The notes beneath the pieces were generated by a model. The model saw only the letters and a program-made list of their open reading frames with translations. It was not told the origin of the DNA and searched no databases. Made by a program: the position numbers and the translations under genes. A DNA stretch of 62,621 nucleotides, counting the filler, from Choristocarpus tenellus KU-1152 (Eukaryota; Protista; Phaeophyceae), in assembly GCA_964200185.2 (NCBI GenBank). It is 11 parts of 11 records of this genome, joined end to end, with 100 filler letters (N's around TTAATTAATTAA, not from the genome) between each part and the next. Parts side by side here need not be neighbours in the genome. Positions count along the whole stretch, not along the records: positions 13,088 to 15,721 come from CAXNAD020026097.1; positions 15,822 to 18,446 come from CAXNAD020026177.1; positions 18,547 to 24,291 come from CAXNAD020009858.1; positions 24,392 to 34,239 come from CAXNAD020003335.1; 7 more parts are not named here. One strand, 5' to 3'. Shown here in pieces: positions 13,117 to 25,384 of the stretch (the first letter of the stretch is position 1; each line of letters starts with the position of its first letter).

Positions 13117-13517
13117 TCTTGTCTCGCAGAGTGATCACCCCTTCGAGGGGAAAGTAACAAGGATGTGATTTGAAAAAACTTAGGAGTTTCCCGAATTTGC
13201 AAGAGTTCCCTTACGATTTCTCAACGAGGCATTGCAAGGTTTGTTCCTTTGATCTCCATCATGTGCCCCAGAGCCAGAATTTGCAGCTGTGTAGCATTTA
13301 GTGATTGACGGCACAGTTCAGTTGTAGAATGGGGCACGCTTATGCTTGTGCTTCAGGGTCACCCGGGGTAATAATAGTTTTCTACTTCCTCCCATCTGTA
13401 CAAGCTGGGGGCTTTGGATGCAGTGATTTGCAGCAAAGCCAATTGTCAATCTGAGGTCGTCTAACATCAATCAAGAAAGCATCATACTCCGAAGTGCAAA
13501 GCAGTACATGCAAAACA

Positions 13518-13774
13518 GAGCCAAAGTATCTTAGAGAGTAGAGCCGCATCCATTTGGGGGCTACAATTCAATGCTGCGATTTTGATCAATTTTGGCTATT
13601 GTGTATGTTAGGAAGTGTCAATATCCATGTTCCGGACACACCTCTCATAATGTATGCACTTGACCTACTCCTAAACATTTTGGAATAGGAAAATGTCATT
13701 AAAAAAAAACACCAGAAGCCAAGCTCCAAATAACAAACAGGGAAAAACTCTTACCCCCTAAGATACTTTCACTC
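13518..13774 (-). mobile_element. MITE family A (Sola2-like), TSD AACA
   Basis: GAGCCAAAGTATCTTAGAG...CTAAGATACTTTCACTC; AACA on both flanks. Confidence 0.92.
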
Positions 13775-14059
13775 AACACATTGAGCCTTGACATGCAAAT
13801 GCACCAACATTAGTGAGGTAGTGAGGTAATGCCGCATGCCATATTGTGGTCTCTGTACTCACAGCTGGTCAATTCAGTTAGGCCACATGAAAAAAATGCA
13901 TCAAATTCCAAATCATTTTTTGAAAAACTGTTGACGAAAAAACACTACACCGATTCTGAATTAAGAAAATATATTTTGATTGAGGTTGGTACTTGCCACT
14001 ACCCTTACATTACGTAGCGCCACAAAGCACTACCTACTGTACTTTAGTTTTACTTGAAT

Positions 14060-14238
14060 GGCTAAACGTATCTGGGGGCAGGGGGACGGCTGTCCATTTT
14101 GGAGCCCATTTTTCCATGTCGCAATTTTTGAGTGATTTGGTTGCATGTGTTGGGTGGATAAAATAGGTGCATTTTTCCTGGTCAGGGTCCAAATGGACAC
14201 CCTGGTGTAGACCCTCCCCCCCCCAGATACTTCGAGCC
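14060..14238. mobile_element. MITE family B, full copy (~180 bp)
   Basis: GGCTAAACGTATCTGGGGG ... CCCCCAGATACTTCGAGCC inverted ends; flanks GAAT/AAAT (3 of 4 match). Confidence 0.75.
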
Positions 14239-14239
14239 A

Positions 14240-15680
14240 AATATTTCAATCAAGGATACATACTCTTGCTCTTAAGCGCGGCTCACTAAATGTGTTAGAA
14301 AGGAGGCACAAAGTGCTCCATAAAATGCGAGCAGTCAGTAATTGGAACAGTGTAGCTGACGGATTACCTGGTCGATACACCCTTTGGTTTGGTACTGCAA
14401 GAATTTGTTGAGATATGTGACTGTGGGGTACTTTTCTGTCCAGCCAGAAGGAGAAGCAGGGGTTTCAGAAATGCCACACATGCTATCACTTGAGCACACC
14501 TTGAGCAATACGAGGGGTTCTATGCCTTGACCACTCACATTCAGACCAGCGACCCTCTACAGAATGCCCAATAGCTACTGGATTTGATTAAGGATAATCA
14601 GCCGTGTGATGTGACACAATGTTGGGTGTAGCGTCAGAGTGAAAGTATAATAGAGGGTAGGAGTTTTTACCTGATTGTCCATTTGGGGCTTGGCTTCCCA
14701 CAGGTGTTTAATGACATTTTACCTACTCCAAAACGTTTTGGAGAAGGTGAAATGTGTACATCATGAAAAGGAGTGTGCGGAACAAGGATATTGACATCTC
14801 CCAACAAACGTGATAGCCAAAATCACATCAAAATCGCAACATTGGATTTTGGCCCTCAAATAGATGCAGCTCTACCCTCTGAAATACTTTGACTTGTCAT
14901 GAAGACGATTGCAAAGGTCTTTTTTTGATGTGATTAGGGGTATTTGTACTCCTCGACCTTTTAACATCTCAATACCTGCTTGACCTTGGACTTGGTATCA
15001 AGTATCACTCTTGTAGGCACACTGCAATAGACATCCCTTTCAACGGTGCCCACTCCGAGCTATTCCAAGGCAGTAGGGGTTGGCAATGGGTTAGGGGGTA
15101 CCGTATGAGTGAGGAGGTTTCAGAGAACAGGTTGGTGGAGGGTTCAGAAAAAAGACGGTGATGTGAAGAAGCAAAGGAGTTGTGTGATATATTCGGCGTA
15201 TGTTTGGGGAAGATTCGTGGAGGTCTATCTTAAGGTAGCTTCCTTGCATTTTAGAGTCTTGCGGACTCATAGGGAAACTCGTTCTGCACCTAATACAGTG
15301 ATGAATATTTTGAAGCATATTCTTACTCTGTCAATCAACATTATATGATCTCGTTTGTCACAAAACACATGCTGTGACATGAGTTCTGGAGGGCTACCAC
15401 ATCAGTGATCACACGGTCACATTGTTTCTATTCAGAGTCTCCTACAATCCACTTTTTTTATGTCCTACTCTTGAACCACGGCTGATATCAGCACAGCCTA
15501 GCTTTGTGTATGCAAAAGATAGGGTAGTTGTTTTCTTGGAAAAACCTAACCCCTTGAGGTGTATCACCATGGTATTCACCGTTGGACTGTGATGAGCATT
15601 CTGGATTGTTCTACTGTTCAAGCACCACTTAAGTGTTTGTGCATTGCAAAACTACCCTTCCCACCAAAGATGTCATGTGC
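14240..15680 (-). mobile_element. Very degenerate Copia reverse-transcriptase relic, interrupted by a MITE
   Basis: Broken frames KGRGVQIPLIT and LNKFLQYQTKGCIDQ resemble the KGxxQxPGID and RVLxYLKGTxD motifs. Confidence 0.3.
14637..14895 (+). mobile_element. MITE family A (Sola2-like), TSD GTCA
   Basis: GAGTGAAAGTAT...ATACTTTGACTT; GTCA on both flanks. Confidence 0.9.
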
Positions 15681-15682
15681 AT

Positions 15683-15721
15683 GACCCAAAGTATCTGGGG
15701 GGGGGGGGGTCTACACCAGAG
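15683..15721. mobile_element. MITE family B fragment at contig end
   Basis: GACCCAAAGTATCTG-polyG-TCTACACCAG. Confidence 0.7.
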
Positions 15722-15821
15722 NNNNNNNNNNNNNNNNNNNNNNNNNNNNNNNNNNNNNNNNNNNNTTAATTAATTAANNNNNNNNNNNNNNNNNNNNNNN
15801 NNNNNNNNNNNNNNNNNNNNN

Positions 15822-17003
15822 ACAAGAAACAAATGAGTAGCCTATGTTTTAACAAGAGGGTGGCATATCCACGCCTGAAGACAGTGGAGGATCCGACCCC
15901 GATAGTGATAAAGAGGAACAGGAGACGACATTGCCTGACCTAGCAGTAGGTGTGAGGAGCGGGACCCAAAATGGGGGCAGCCTGGCAACCACAATCTCGG
16001 GCCACGATTCGGAAGGTGAGAAGGACTGACCTGGTTCTAGCTTTTGTCATCTCCAGAGAGGAAACTGTTTTGAGGACGTGGAGGAGGTCCAAGACACGGA
16101 ATCAGAGTCCATGCCCGTGAGGAATGATCCTGGAATGTCCCCAATCGTGCATGTGGTGGGTAGCAGCGGGGATGAGTCCGTCGATCTTGACCCTTTGTTT
16201 AAAAGGAATAGGAATAAGGATATTGGGGAGCGAAGTCGGTCCTCCTTCCATGCTGAGTTGACAACACCTACGGTTGCGAGTTAATCATCAGGTCCCTCTC
16301 AAGAGACAAGCCTTCGGGAAACAAGGCAAAACTTGACAAGACTAAATCTACTGTCAATAGGAAGAAGAGGTCGGCAAGAGGTGATGGACGCATCAGACCC
16401 TTCAAACAGCCCCGTGCAAGTTACGGACATGAAGGACAACTAAGCTTCTTTTCAAACACATTCGCTTCTGCCACACATATCGATGACCCCTGTGTCACAC
16501 AGGATGCAGTCGACTCCGGCGATGCAGCCATTGTCAGGATAACGGCAACTATTATGGAGGTGTGCGTGACGGAACTTCTTCGTTCAGCCACAAAGCCTAC
16601 ATCTTTGCAGTACCGTGTCCAGACACAGATCCCAACCCAGGTCATATACGACCATGGGTTCAGACTAGTAAAGGCCAGTAGAGCGACCAAAAATTATGTC
16701 TTAGGGGATGACTGCTACATACACAAGGCAATACAGATAAAACCGAGTGCTCGTGGAGGGAAGCCGAACAGCACGTTGCGTCCGGAGCATGTGGAAGCCC
16801 TCAGCGAAAGGAAAGACATCTTCATGAGCCTGGTGAAGCCAGAACTGTGGAACGAGAGGTATTCTACGCGACTGAACCTGCGGCACCAACTAACCGAGGC
16901 CTACCCTAAACTTGTAGAGTGGTGGGAGAAGGGTGACCTATCCCAATTCCAATCCGCCCACCAATTAAAAAAGAGCCTTGTTCGTTTCATATATTTTTGT
17001 TGA
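15822..17003 (+). pseudogene. Disrupted coding-like region of unknown origin, ending in a 149-aa ORF (16554-17003)
   Basis: Successive protein-like plus-strand frames broken by stops, with no obvious introns and no recognisable family motif. Confidence 0.3.
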
Positions 17004-17789
17004 AGTACGGGTCGCGTCACTTGTGTCTGATTCGGGTCAAAGTGTACCTTAGAAGGTGTCCGACTACCATGTTCATGCAGTTTCGATCCGATGGGTTATG
17101 CATTCACACAGTGGTATCGGATACGTGCGTACCATTCAGAGGTATCAGTGCATTATATATGATACTCATCTTGAGGGTTAGACTTATGTTGGTATTTGTT
17201 TAACAAAGTGTGTCCAATCCAAGGTTCAGACTGCTAAAACATTTAACCTTTTTTAAGCATTCCTCTCTATCTTTTCGGCTAAGTTTCCAAACACTTCGCC
17301 AAGATCTGCAAAGGATACGTTATCTTCTTACCAGTCGCTAACTATTCCCTTAACCCTATCTAGCTCCCTCCTGCTCCTCATTACTCCATGCACCATCTCA
17401 TGCTTTGCCCGAGTGTCGGCAAACGAGGGCCGATTTCGTCTTCCTTTAAATATCCAAAGAACATTTCCCGAAGTCCACGCCCGATACTCCTTAACCATAA
17501 CACCAACCCTGAACCTACCACAAACACGTACCAGGAACTCAACGAATGGCCTGGATCACCACCCCCGCACACTAACACTAACCATAACCTTAACCTGACC
17601 CTTACACCGAGCCCATCTGCATCCCGTGGCAACCTAAAATCGACATGCATCTTACCCAAATTACGTACCAATGCCATATGGTCGACCTTCCTCACGCCAA
17701 CCTAACCCTAGCTCATCAGGATTTAATCAACCCACTAAACCTAACCCCGAACCAAGGACGGTATATTTGTTAATAATTCACACGAAACA

Positions 17790-18375
17790 TAGGACAACAG
17801 ACCCTGACCAATAACCCTTTGTGAGCATATTCAAAATCCGATGACACATGCTATCAAAGGGTAACTAGACTAACCTGAAAGCAAAGGATTGCATGTTTTC
17901 CCTTTCTTCATGCCAACACTGGGACAACAGACCCTGACCGACAACCCTGTTGTTGTACATACTAAATGCGACACATGCAAGCAAATCAACGAAAAACTAA
18001 ACCTCAAAACAGTCCACGGTATATGTTTTAATCGCTCATGCAAACATTGGGACAACAGGCCCAAACTAACTGCCTCTTTGTGAACATAACAAATACGACT
18101 CATGCAAGCAAATATAAACGAAAAAATTAATCTCAAAACATTTCATGGTATTTTTATTCCTCGTGCAAACACTGGGACAAGAAAGCCTAGCCGGCAGCCC
18201 TCTTTGTATACATACCAAATCCAACTCATGCAACCAAAGAGAAGCAATAAACAAAATAAGAACAAACACAAGAACAAACCATGATCTGTTTTACCATTCT
18301 TTCTGCTAGCACTGGGACAACAGACCCTGACCGATAGCCCTCTTTGTGTACATACCAAATCCCTCTCAAACAACC
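17790..18375. repeat. Diverged tandem array, ~125-140-bp period, 5 units
   Basis: Core CTGGGACAACAGACCCTGACCGA...TGTACATACCAAAT at ~17790, 17918, 18046, 18171 and 18311. Confidence 0.8.
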
Positions 18376-18393
18376 AAACAAATATTCAACTAA

Positions 18394-18446
18394 GGGTCAA
18401 AGTATCTGGTGGGGGGGGGGGTGCCGGCGTCCGTTTTTTACCCTTC
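18394..18446 (+). mobile_element. MITE family C fragment at contig end
   Basis: GGGTCAAAGTATCTGG-polyG-TGCCGGCGTCCGTTTTT matches the start of 49831-50357. Confidence 0.75.
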
Positions 18447-18659
18447 NNNNNNNNNNNNNNNNNNNNNNNNNNNNNNNNNNNNNNNNNNNNTTAATTAATT
18501 AANNNNNNNNNNNNNNNNNNNNNNNNNNNNNNNNNNNNNNNNNNNNCCGTTGGTTTGCCAAGACTCCGAAGGCAAAATACAAAAACTAGGATGGAGGGGG
18601 GGGGGGAGCACGCTGAAACCACAACCGCCTACGTACTAGACAAAAAATGCAGTCCAAAC

Positions 18660-21600
18660 CTGAGTGTCCCATTCCAGGAACGGTAGAGAACGTAGCCGCC
18701 AGCTCGAGTTCATTCTTCATCAACTCATGGCTTGAGGGGCACCACCGGCATTCAGCAACCAGGAAAAGTCCATCAGGGTTAGGGTTAGATGTGCACACAT
18801 GGTGAGAAGGGATAGAACGCCTTTGATTCCCCTCATTTTGTCACACTCGTACATGGGTGTGTTTGGAGGTATTGGGTGCTCGACTAGCGGAAGTCAACCA
18901 TTCTGCAGCCTGGCACACCACACACCGCGTCAAACCATCTCCTACTCGCGTCAAACCATCTCCTACTCGCGTCAAACCATCTCCTACTGCAGCCTTCTAC
19001 TTCTTACAAGCACCGTGCGGTCCGGCATTAAGAGATGCCAAGTTAACAATGGGGTTAGCGCAGGTCGTGCAATCGATTGCCCTACTGGGATCTCTGTATC
19101 TGACAAAAACCAGAGGTTACAGCTATTCCTACTTGCATTTTTGAAAAAGAGAATCGAGTGAGAAGAAATAAAAATGCCTCAGTTGCTCTCGTAGAAAGCC
19201 AAGCAAACACACACACACACACAGACACAGACACACAAACACACAAATATATGTTTTCGAGGAAATGAACAACTGCTGGCTGAGAATGCACCTGTGCTTG
19301 CCCCATGTATATTGCACCACCATATCCACATCCCCATGGAACTGAGCAACAGGAATATCTTTGGCAGCACTGCCCAGTGCCCCGGGGTACTCCTTGTGCA
19401 TGGGTACCCATGACGAGGCCGCTACACATCCTTTAGAGAGGATATGAGTGATAGTGGATTACCCCAGAGGGTAAGAAGGGGGTGATGACATAAGATGAGA
19501 AACAAGAGACTCAACAAATGTACAAATGTGTGTACGCCTTGCACAAGCAAGTACCACATATGGCACCTAAACATAAATAAAATCAAACAGACTCTCCTCC
19601 CGGCAATCATAAATAAAAAAAGGGTTTATCGATCGTTCTTGAGGGACAACAACATAGCAAGGCGCTCGGGAGGACTCACAGGTCAGCACTACACGGTCGT
19701 ACCACAGTTGCCAGAAAATTCCAGGAAAGAACCTAGCAAAATTATTTTTGTAAAAAACGCAAAATATTTGATTCGATCCGTTGTGTACAGCAGGACTAGT
19801 GCTCGTAGCAGTACAGGACTAGATGCGCAACGCATGATATCACCAAGAACCAGGGAAGAAGAAAGGATCGGAATAAAACAGCAGATGCCATGCGTGAGAA
19901 TGAAGAACAAGAACAATCAAGAACTCACTGGTGTGTACCGACCCTTCCCCTTCCCCTTCCCCTGCTGTTGTTGCGCAAAAAGAGAAGCGTGGTGCACTGA
20001 ACGAGAGCTAACCCTGATCAAAGAGACGTCCGTAAGTGTCGGATAGTAGCCCTAACCCTATGATGAGTCTCTGTTGCCAAAACAAGACGCCCAATACTGC
20101 TATACACATCTGATATTATTTCACCTACTACGATCGATAGATGATATATATACCTTAAACGACTTGTCAATGTCGACTTTTGAAAGCTTTTTTTTTTTTT
20201 GTTCAAAAAAGTTGTTGTACCGCTGAGACAGAGATATGATCTAATCCAGTCCTAACAAGCATCCCTGTGCTTCAGCGACCTGACCTGAACTCTGTAGTTG
20301 ATGGCAGGCTCCATCTACTGCTACAGTTCGAATCTCCCCCAAAACCTTTGCAGCTGTCCTCACCTGCCAATTGTTTCGTTGAACGTAGGCAGAGATGTAG
20401 AGCCACTGCGCCTCCCTGCGAAAATCCTCCCACCACCATTCTGCTCATGTCCACGCCCTTTGAATTTTCTGCCTCTAGGATTGCGTTCACTCGATTAGCA
20501 CTTGCGGCAAATCCCTGTGTTTACGCATGTCAACCGGTTTCCCAAAGGTTGAGAAGTGAGACAGCAATAAAGCAACCATCAAGGATATAGATTTGTAACA
20601 ATGGACGCCACACTTTTTTTTTTTGTCCCACCTGTGCATCTTCAGGGGCATCTTCAGTCAGGCCGTTGACATCCGACCACCCAGGCATAGGCATACCATG
20701 GTTGAGTGAGATGGGCCTATGTGTGTGGTATGTGCATATTATATTGAATGGAATAAGAGGGATAAGCAAGCATTGAGGTGTCAGAGTCAGGACCTTGCAC
20801 TCGGAATGTCAAGACCCGTAGGGTTGCTCTTGGTAGTAGGGACCACATCGAACTTTCCTAAAAAAAAACTAAATACACATGTAACTCCGCAGTACAACAT
20901 GTTCTTGATCTCAGGTGTGCTTGAGCGCAGATGTAACATCACCGACCTAGTATCGGCTGTGGGAAGGATAAACTTGGTCTGCCTCAAGTTGAACGCGGAC
21001 ATTGCGCTGTACCAGCCTTGAGCAGTATCTCCAAGTCCATGTAGCCAAATTACCACTTTATCATATTCACCATCCTGAGACGCCATGGACGGAGGGATAA
21101 ATAGCATTAGTTTGCGAAAAACTTCAATTCTAAATGTCACAACCATATCCCTTTGCCAAAAACCCTGAACACGACGTGGTTGACGAGAAAGATGATCTGT
21201 GGATTGCCACATATTAAAACCTTTAATGTGTCCATGTGTTGCCGATAATCACCAAACATTAGATGACATAAGATTTACCCTTCCGTCCCACACAAGGGTA
21301 CACAAAGCAGTCGCAGGGAAGGGTGTCTCAAAGTAATCCTATCGCCCATCCACCCCTCCCCAAATCGACTTCCATAAAGTAGTAGAAGGCACACACTTCA
21401 GGAAAGATACTTCAGCGACGAGACAAAGATCTTGAGGCATAGGAAATGTCTCTCACTTTAGGTGTTAGAATGATACCATCCCCGCCTATACCGTCGCCCT
21501 TCTCGCCCTTAAGAGCAGGAGCTGTTGTGCTCATGTTGATAGAGGTGCTGGTTGATACAGAAGTTGGGCACTTTTTCCACCTAAGCGAACGAGTGTTGTT

Positions 21601-21675
21601 AACAAATGCTACCCTGCTTGCTTGCACGATTGAGCAAACTAGCATCAGAAGCACCACCAAAGTTGGTGTTTTCAT
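18660..21675 (-). CDS. Acyl-protein thioesterase / lysophospholipase (APT1/LYPLA-like, Abhydrolase_2); last exon missing
   Basis: Six phase-consistent GT-AG exons: 21675-21457, 21074-20947, 20716-20632, 20514-20364, 19430-19292, 18730-18660. Motifs WLHGLGD, ILPTA, PISLNHGMPMPGW, GGFSQGG (Ser), HGDVD (Asp) and GMGHS (His). Confidence 0.93.
18926..18988. repeat. 21-bp tandem repeat x3 (CGCGTCAAACCATCTCCTACT), intronic
   Basis: Directly visible. Confidence 0.85.
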
Positions 21676-21899
21676 CAGAGGCTGCACGCTGCTTTCTGTT
21701 ACACAATGAAATTTCTTCTATCTTCTCAACATAACTTACCCAACCAGGGAGTTTATGTAGATGTTGTTGGATGTTTTTGGTTATTGATTGGCAAGAGCGT
21801 TTCGGAGATCTTGTGTCCGAAGAACATTCAAGGGTCAACCGTCAAAGCTCACAGAATTTGGAATCCGTCCACATCTCTCGGAGCTCACAGCAATCGACG

Positions 21900-22754
21900 A
21901 TGGACCCGTGTGGAGCTTCTCTGCAGCACGACATCCCTGTGAAGTTGGAGTCTAGCAAAAAGAATCCGACATCGAGTGTATTGGAGGGTAAACCTTCGTT
22001 CACACGCGGGATCGCCATGGACCCCCAGAAGAGGGCTGGTTTGGATGAGAAGACAGTGTCTACCGAGGAGATGGAGCCTAGAAATAGTATCGTGAGCGAT
22101 GGATCGAATTGGGGATCATCCCAGTATGAGCAGAAAACATTTGCAGAAGCGACTGGTACACGTGGAAAGGATGAAGGGACATCTACGCCACAACCAATAC
22201 AAAACTCTTTCGCGAGTTTCATGGCCTCAGGAGACAGAAACACTCTCCCCATGACGTTAGATCCCGTCATGCCACTTATTACCCTTGGCATTGGTACGAA
22301 GAGAATGGACAACCAACAGGAGGTGGGGCTCAGGTCAGCCGTCTACTCATCTCTCTTCGGAGGTGATCGTGAGGGCATGGTCCTGTGTTGGAGTCACCAC
22401 CTTCTCCAGGCCGAAGCAGTTTCAGCAGCTATGGCCCCATTAGACACAGCGACACGAAGTCATCTTCGACATATTAGTGAGCTTGCTGCCTGTGAGGTGC
22501 ACGAGAAGGTCCAGAGCATGGCATTGACACTGACACGTGAAAGTGGAGATCCACGAAATTCCCGTCGGGCTCTCATCCATGAGCTGGCTGGGCTTCTTAA
22601 TAGGACTACTGCTACGCTACGCTCCACAACCTCTCAAGCTATTATGGGCGGTTTCACGGACCAAACAAGATCGATCTTTAACGAAAACTCTGTACACTCT
22701 TTTGATCGCAACACAACCTCCATGAATCGAGAGGTGAGGAGTATTGCTAGTTAA
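21900..22754 (+). CDS. Hypothetical protein divergent from the thioesterase gene
   Basis: ~280 open codons from ATG 21900 (MDPCGASLQ...) with a helical-looking C-terminal half; possible donor GAG/GTGAGG near 22733. Confidence 0.6.
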   Translation: MDPCGASLQHDIPVKLESSKKNPTSSVLEGKPSFTRGIAMDPQKRAGLDEKTVSTEEMEPRNSIVSDGSNWGSSQYEQKTFAEATGTRGKDEGTSTPQPIQNSFASFMASGDRNTLPMTLDPVMPLITLGIGTKRMDNQQEVGLRSAVYSSLFGGDREGMVLCWSHHLLQAEAVSAAMAPLDTATRSHLRHISELAACEVHEKVQSMALTLTRESGDPRNSRRALIHELAGLLNRTTATLRSTTSQAIMGGFTDQTRSIFNENSVHSFDRNTTSMNREVRSIAS

Positions 22755-23498
22755 GAGATGTTCATCTTCACCAAGCAGCATTTTCGTTAACTGTTAATAT
22801 CCAGTCACAACCAGCCCTGAGAGCTCTATAACTGCATAGTTCTGGAAAAAGAAGAAATAGAACATTTGCAATGTCAGACAAACTTAGAAACCAGGATGCT
22901 AAACCATACCCGTCAGATAATGTGATCCTACCTGATTATAATTGCCTACTTCCATGGATTATTATGTATTTTGTGCATTACATTTTGAGCTACAAGTGAG
23001 CATATATAATGCACTTCAAAGCACCACTCTACAAATAGTCCCCTCCTAACTTGTTATCGCCTATTAGTGACGTACGAGCTACCAGTGAGTTTGATTTCCC
23101 TGAACCCCAAATCAACGAATTAGATCACACATACTGCTAATTGAGACTGCTATGAATACCCAGTCCTTGTTAGTCCAAGAGAGGGAAAGAATCGGTAGGC
23201 TGTGCAGCATGCCTACTATACTTCTCCAGTACTGCAGTACTGTTCGCCCTATTATTGTGGGACTGTGCTTTGTCATATATCATATGTTGGTATCCAGCAC
23301 ATTTCTCCTCCACATACAACTGAACCATTAACACTTCACTGCAGACCCATGCCACAGAGTGTATCCTGGAATAGGCACCAGTCTGACGTAGAGGGTTGTC
23401 TGACAGAAAAAGAAGGACGGTGCTATGATACACTCTTCGTGTATGGGATGTCTCATTATGGGTTGTTTCCACTATTCACACTGCCGACTGGCAAGGAC

Positions 23499-23855
23499 TA
23501 GGCGAGATTGTTGGCGAAGGTTACATATTCCTCTCTTGTGCATTCTAGGGCCTCTTCAATTGTATGGAGAAGAGTTGGGTAGATAATGGTGGACAGCCAC
23601 AGCCGCTCCTACCTCAGGTGTTAGTGGCTATTAGCCGAACACCCGTACACATCATCAACAGGTGGTACAGGCCAATGTAATCGAAATAATGAAAACCTTA
23701 CGTGTAATTAGTACATCTGCATAATTCCCTTCTTTCTTTTTCAAACCCGACACTTCGAGGTACGTTTCATGTCTCAGAACACTTTGCACCAGCTCGCTCG
23801 TGGACATTTTTTCCGTGGTATCTATCTTGGTTTTCAGTCTCATATTGCCATCCAC
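23499..23855 (-). CDS. Probable 3' exons of an unknown gene
   Basis: Exon 23855-23702 bounded by TTTTAG and GTAAGG (VDGNMRLKTKIDT...); the phase of the downstream exon is unresolved. Confidence 0.35.
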
Positions 23856-24400
23856 CTAAAACGTTTTCGGTTCAATCCTGATAGTGAAAATGTACTCACT
23901 AGCAATCTTGAGATTTTTTTTTTCACTCATTTTCGTTCAACCTTGGTCCAAAAGAGGTTAGTACCCCCCCCCCCCCACCCTTCAAACGTGCACGAACCCT
24001 CGTTTTTCGAACAGCAAAGAATCCCCCACCGAGAGCGACCAACCCTCGCCAGGCACCAATGTGCACACAATCACCTTTACAAGCGAACCGTAAGAGGTCC
24101 GCTTATTCCCCTCAAACCCAACGGCCTCGCAGGTGGATACCCCTTTGGTTGTACAGGGCTTCAACGGATTCCAACCGTGTAGGGGAGGTGCATTCCCAGG
24201 ACGCCACCTCCGCTCAAGCCTCTTCACCTTTTCACAGCCAAGGGTAAAACATGAGCAGCATCTGTGGCCAGGCGCAATCCCTACCCCGGAGNNNNNNNNN
24301 NNNNNNNNNNNNNNNNNNNNNNNNNNNNNNNNNNNTTAATTAATTAANNNNNNNNNNNNNNNNNNNNNNNNNNNNNNNNNNNNNNNNNNNNCAATGCAAT

Positions 24401-24663
24401 GAGTGAAAGTATCTTAGAGGGTAAGAGTTTTGCCCTGTTTGTTCATTTGGGGTTTGGCTTCCCACCATGAATTTTTTATGACATTTTCCTACTCCAAAAT
24501 GTTTTGGAGTAGGTAAAATGTATACGTTATTAAAAGGTGTGTCTGGAACAAGGATATACTGACACTTCCTAAAAAACACAATAGCCAAAATTACATCAAA
24601 ATCGCAACATTGGATTTTGGCCCCCAATAGGACGTGATCCTACCCTCTAAGATACTTTGACTC
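24401..24663 (+). mobile_element. MITE family A (Sola2-like), TSD CAAT
   Basis: GAGTGAAAGTATCTTAGAGGGTA ... TACCCTCTAAGATACTTTGACTC; CAAT on both flanks. Confidence 0.93.
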
Positions 24664-25384
24664 CAATCTTGGAATTTTTAATGCGTCGGAAAATGTCGAA
24701 CTTACCGAAGTTCCATATGCATGGGCATGGGGATGGTTTAACACTTTCGTTCAACGATGTGAAGTTGAGCGAGGTAAGTATTTCTAGATTTCTAGTGTCG
24801 GGATCAGGCGTATGGAAACTGTGACAGGCTTGTCAAACAAAGAATAAAGTCGTGTCGAAGGCGATTGATCTACCGTTCTACCCACCTCCCTTCCTGTCAA
24901 GTATTGGGTCCGCTGCTCAATCTCAGAGACATGGGATTTGATATCCCCACAGGAACCAACAGAATCCGCCAACGTCTCGGTTTTGTCCTTGCATAGGCAA
25001 GAGGTGGAATTATGAAAAGAGGGACCAAAAAAGAAATAGCATTTTCTTGTTCTTTTTTTCCACCGTGAAAGGCTTTTTGGAGACTGAGGGTTAGGGCCGG
25101 GGTGTGGTGGGTGGAGTATATCATCAAGAGAAGCCACCTCTCACATGTCAATCCCTTCAAGAAAATACAACTAATGGCTGTCTTTCATATTTTTGGTGTT
25201 GATATCTTCGACAAACACCATGTTCATTCACTGTTGAAGTTTAAGACCCACCAACTGCCAATTTCATTGTGCCATCTGTGGTTTTTGGCTGCTTCTGTAT
25301 TTTGTAGAGCTCCAATCTTGTCGTATTTAACCATTCTTCCCCATCTTCCATCTAGCCTCGTTTTTTCTGTTATTTTTCTGTATT

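Noticed and set aside
17790-18375. Core-plus-linker array as CRISPR-like
   Set aside because: The cores are long and degenerate, and the linkers are homologous to each other.
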